The notes under the pieces were generated by a model. The model worked only from the letters and a program-made list of their open reading frames with translations. It searched no databases and had not been told where the DNA came from. A program made the position numbers and the translations under genes. 64,000 nt of DNA from an uncultured Nitrososphaerota archaeon (GTDB taxonomy: Archaea > Thermoproteota > Nitrososphaeria > Nitrososphaerales > Nitrosopumilaceae), in NCBI GenBank assembly GCA_963824385.1, contig CAWGPD010000001.1, positions 224,001 through 288,000 on the forward strand, in the 5' to 3' direction. The stretch's first letter is position 1. The number at the start of each line of letters is the position of its first letter. Of this stretch, positions 61,982-64,000 are shown piece by piece.

Positions 61982-62627
61982 TTAGAAAGACGTCCAATAC
62001 TTTTTAGGATTTTTGTGCCATTTGAGTAATTCTTCTTTTTCTTCTTCACTTACATAATTTCTTGTAACTGCAACTTCAATTAGATCTGAAAATATGAGCA
62101 GTGGATGCATTTTGCATTTGGTTCTCTCAAAGTTCTTCTTTGCAACATCTAGATCATAAGTAAAGATGAAGATACAGTCGCTTACCATTCCCCCATTTCT
62201 TCTCACAGCTTTTATTGCAGATATTGCACTTCTTCCTGTACTAACAAGATCTTCAATTACTAAAATTCTATTACCCTTTTCCATATCACCTTCTATCTGT
62301 CTCTTTTTACCGTAGCCTTTAAGCTTCGGGTCTTATGTATATCATAGGCTTGTTGAGTCTCTCAGCAATTAGTGCAGCCCATGGAATTCCGGCTGTGGAC
62401 ACACCTCCAACAATATCAAAATCCAATCTTTTGGTAATTTTGACTACTTCATCTACAACCGCTCTTCTCTTATTGGGATAACTTATCAATCGCCTATTAT
62501 CACAATACATGGGGCCTTTGATACCAGAAACAAAAGTGTACAAGTATGGTTTTGTAAAACTAAAAGTTACCGCTTTGATATCAAGTAGCATTTCAGCAAC
62601 TCGCTTTGAAGCCTTAATCATCAACAA
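61982..62627 (-). pseudogene. pyrE: Orotate phosphoribosyltransferase, +1 frameshift near 62321
   Basis: SGIK.P.YCDNR, GV.TAGIP, YIR.EAKGYG..RQIEG (after removing one T), VIEDLVSTG.S. Confidence 0.9.
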
Positions 62628-62811
62628 TACCCATCAAATATACAACAAACACGGTATATTTCTGAATAACGATTAGTCTAGAGAGAACTAACAAACATAA
62701 AAAAAAATCGATTGCCAATACGGTAGATGTAATTTTCGGTTTCAACGTTTAAGAACAGTTTTAATTTTAACTAATGCCCTTCAGCAGCAAGACCCATATT
62801 TTCTGTGAGAT

Positions 62812-63384
62812 TTATTGAGAGATGTCTTCCGCTAGTTTGAGTTGTCGTAGAGTTTGTACTAGTGAGTTTACGGGATTAGTTGTTGGAGGTGTTGGAGTTA
62901 CGGGGGTGGTAGGTACTACATTATTGCCCCATATTTCTGACAGATTCACAGTTATATCAAATCCAGCTAAGGTGCCACTAAGTATTGATACAGTTTCTTG
63001 CTTGGAGTTCACATCTATTGCAAGTCTTGCAGTATCACCAGTTTTAATAAAACCAATTTGTCCCGGGTCTGTTACTGTAGACAACAAACAAGTGGCAGTT
63101 GAAGAAGAACAATTAGTACTTGGAGATACAGAGACGTGTGCCAGTCCCCTTCCAGCAGGAGATTGAATTATAATTATACCATTATTTCCATCAATAGCAA
63201 TCCACATGATTGCACCGTGGAAATTACTACTTTCTGCAATGGGTCCTTTCGTAGCCAATTTCATAGTTACCGATTGGGCATATACATTATGAGTAAGAGG
63301 TAAAGATGCAACACCTAGTACTAAAATTATCATGAAACTTGCTATCAATTTGGACTTCATTGCTATACTTGAATTAGATAGCAT
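62812..63384 (-). CDS. Exported hypothetical protein with Pro/Thr linker
   Basis: Signal peptide VYA-Q, PTTPVTPTPPTT. Confidence 0.7.
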   Translation of the reverse strand: MLSNSSIAMKSKLIASFMIILVLGVASLPLTHNVYAQSVTMKLATKGPIAESSNFHGAIMWIAIDGNNGIIIIQSPAGRGLAHVSVSPSTNCSSSTATCLLSTVTDPGQIGFIKTGDTARLAIDVNSKQETVSILSGTLAGFDITVNLSEIWGNNVVPTTPVTPTPPTTNPVNSLVQTLRQLKLAEDISQ

Positions 63385-63417
63385 AGAAATTCACAATGGT
63401 GAAAAAATATGAAGAAA

Positions 63418-64000
63418 TTAGCTAGGTTTCATCAAGATTTTCCCAAACAGATTTCCTTTGAGCATCTTACAATGAGCTTCTACAGCAGTTTCAAATGTAT
63501 AGACCGAGTCTACAATAGGCTTCAATTTACCTTTAGATATCCAAAACATCCCAGATTCAAGTTCGGCACGAGTACCTTGAGTAGAGCCCAAGATGCTAAT
63601 ACCTTTGAAAAAAACATGTCTCAGATCAGTATTTACATCATATCCAGTAGTTGCTCCAGTTGTAACCAGAGTCGAGCCGTATTTTAATAAGCTAAGTTCC
63701 TTGTTCCAATGTGATCCTCCAATATGTTCAAAGATTACATCTATGCCAGGACCAGTTTGTTTCTTTTTTGCAATTTCTTTTGATATGGTATAGACTTGTT
63801 TGTGCCAGTCCTCTAGTCTATGATCTATTGCAAAGTCTGCTCCAAGTTTTAAACAATCTTCTAACTTGTTTTTACTTGCAGTCGTAATCACATCACAATC
63901 ATATAGTTTAGCTATTTGAATACCAAATGTCCCCATTCCTGATCCACCGCCCATTATCAAAACAGTTTGTCCCGGTCTTATCTTTGCGCGACCAACCAAC
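63418..64000 (-). CDS. Medium-chain dehydrogenase/quinone oxidoreductase, 5'-partial
   Basis: GQTVLIMGGGSGMG...IQIAK, GATTG, GKI. Confidence 0.9.
   Translation of the reverse strand, partial: LVGRAKIRPGQTVLIMGGGSGMGTFGIQIAKLYDCDVITTASKNKLEDCLKLGADFAIDHRLEDWHKQVYTISKEIAKKKQTGPGIDVIFEHIGGSHWNKELSLLKYGSTLVTTGATTGYDVNTDLRHVFFKGISILGSTQGTRAELESGMFWISKGKLKPIVDSVYTFETAVEAHCKMLKGNLFGKILMKPS

Noticed and set aside
6255..62321. Programmed ribosomal frameshifting at the split genes
   Set aside because: There is no shared slippery sequence and the affected genes are functionally unrelated. Sequencing error is the simpler explanation.
1323..63793. Many antisense or nested ORFs in the track (for example 16472-16930, 22568-22966, 32769-33257, 20185-20630)
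   Set aside because: They are shadow ORFs overlapping well-supported genes and have no motifs of their own.

Overview
This is an AT-rich archaeal window whose gene set points to an ammonia-oxidising archaeon (Nitrososphaerota, plausibly Nitrosotalea-like; the taxon is inferred). The pointers are PEF(G/P)-CTERM exported proteins, PSWIK-type C-terminal domains, Lrp/AsnC singletons, TRAM, class III PhaEC and proteasome subunits. There are five blocks. (1) An etfB-etfA-fixCX operon and an atypical beta-alpha proteasome gene pair. (2) A ~16-kb putative copper island (about 10.0-26.9 kb). It holds a CopC-CopD-beta-propeller fusion, CopA, a YHS protein, several His1 and Met-rich exported proteins, an unannotated 35-aa metallothionein-like gene and a wHTH regulator. 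Its promoters share a TGGTACA-N9-TGTACCA motif usually placed about 5 nt upstream of the TATA box. (3) Flavoproteins and an aldehyde dehydrogenase. (4) A PHA cluster with PhaR/PhaP-like genes, phaEC and two candidate depolymerases. (5) Surface, stress and redox genes. At least 11 genes carry single-base frameshifts, nearly all +1 insertions, which most likely reflects sequencing error. These are typed as pseudogene as sequenced. No rRNA, tRNA, CRISPR array or transposase was recognised.
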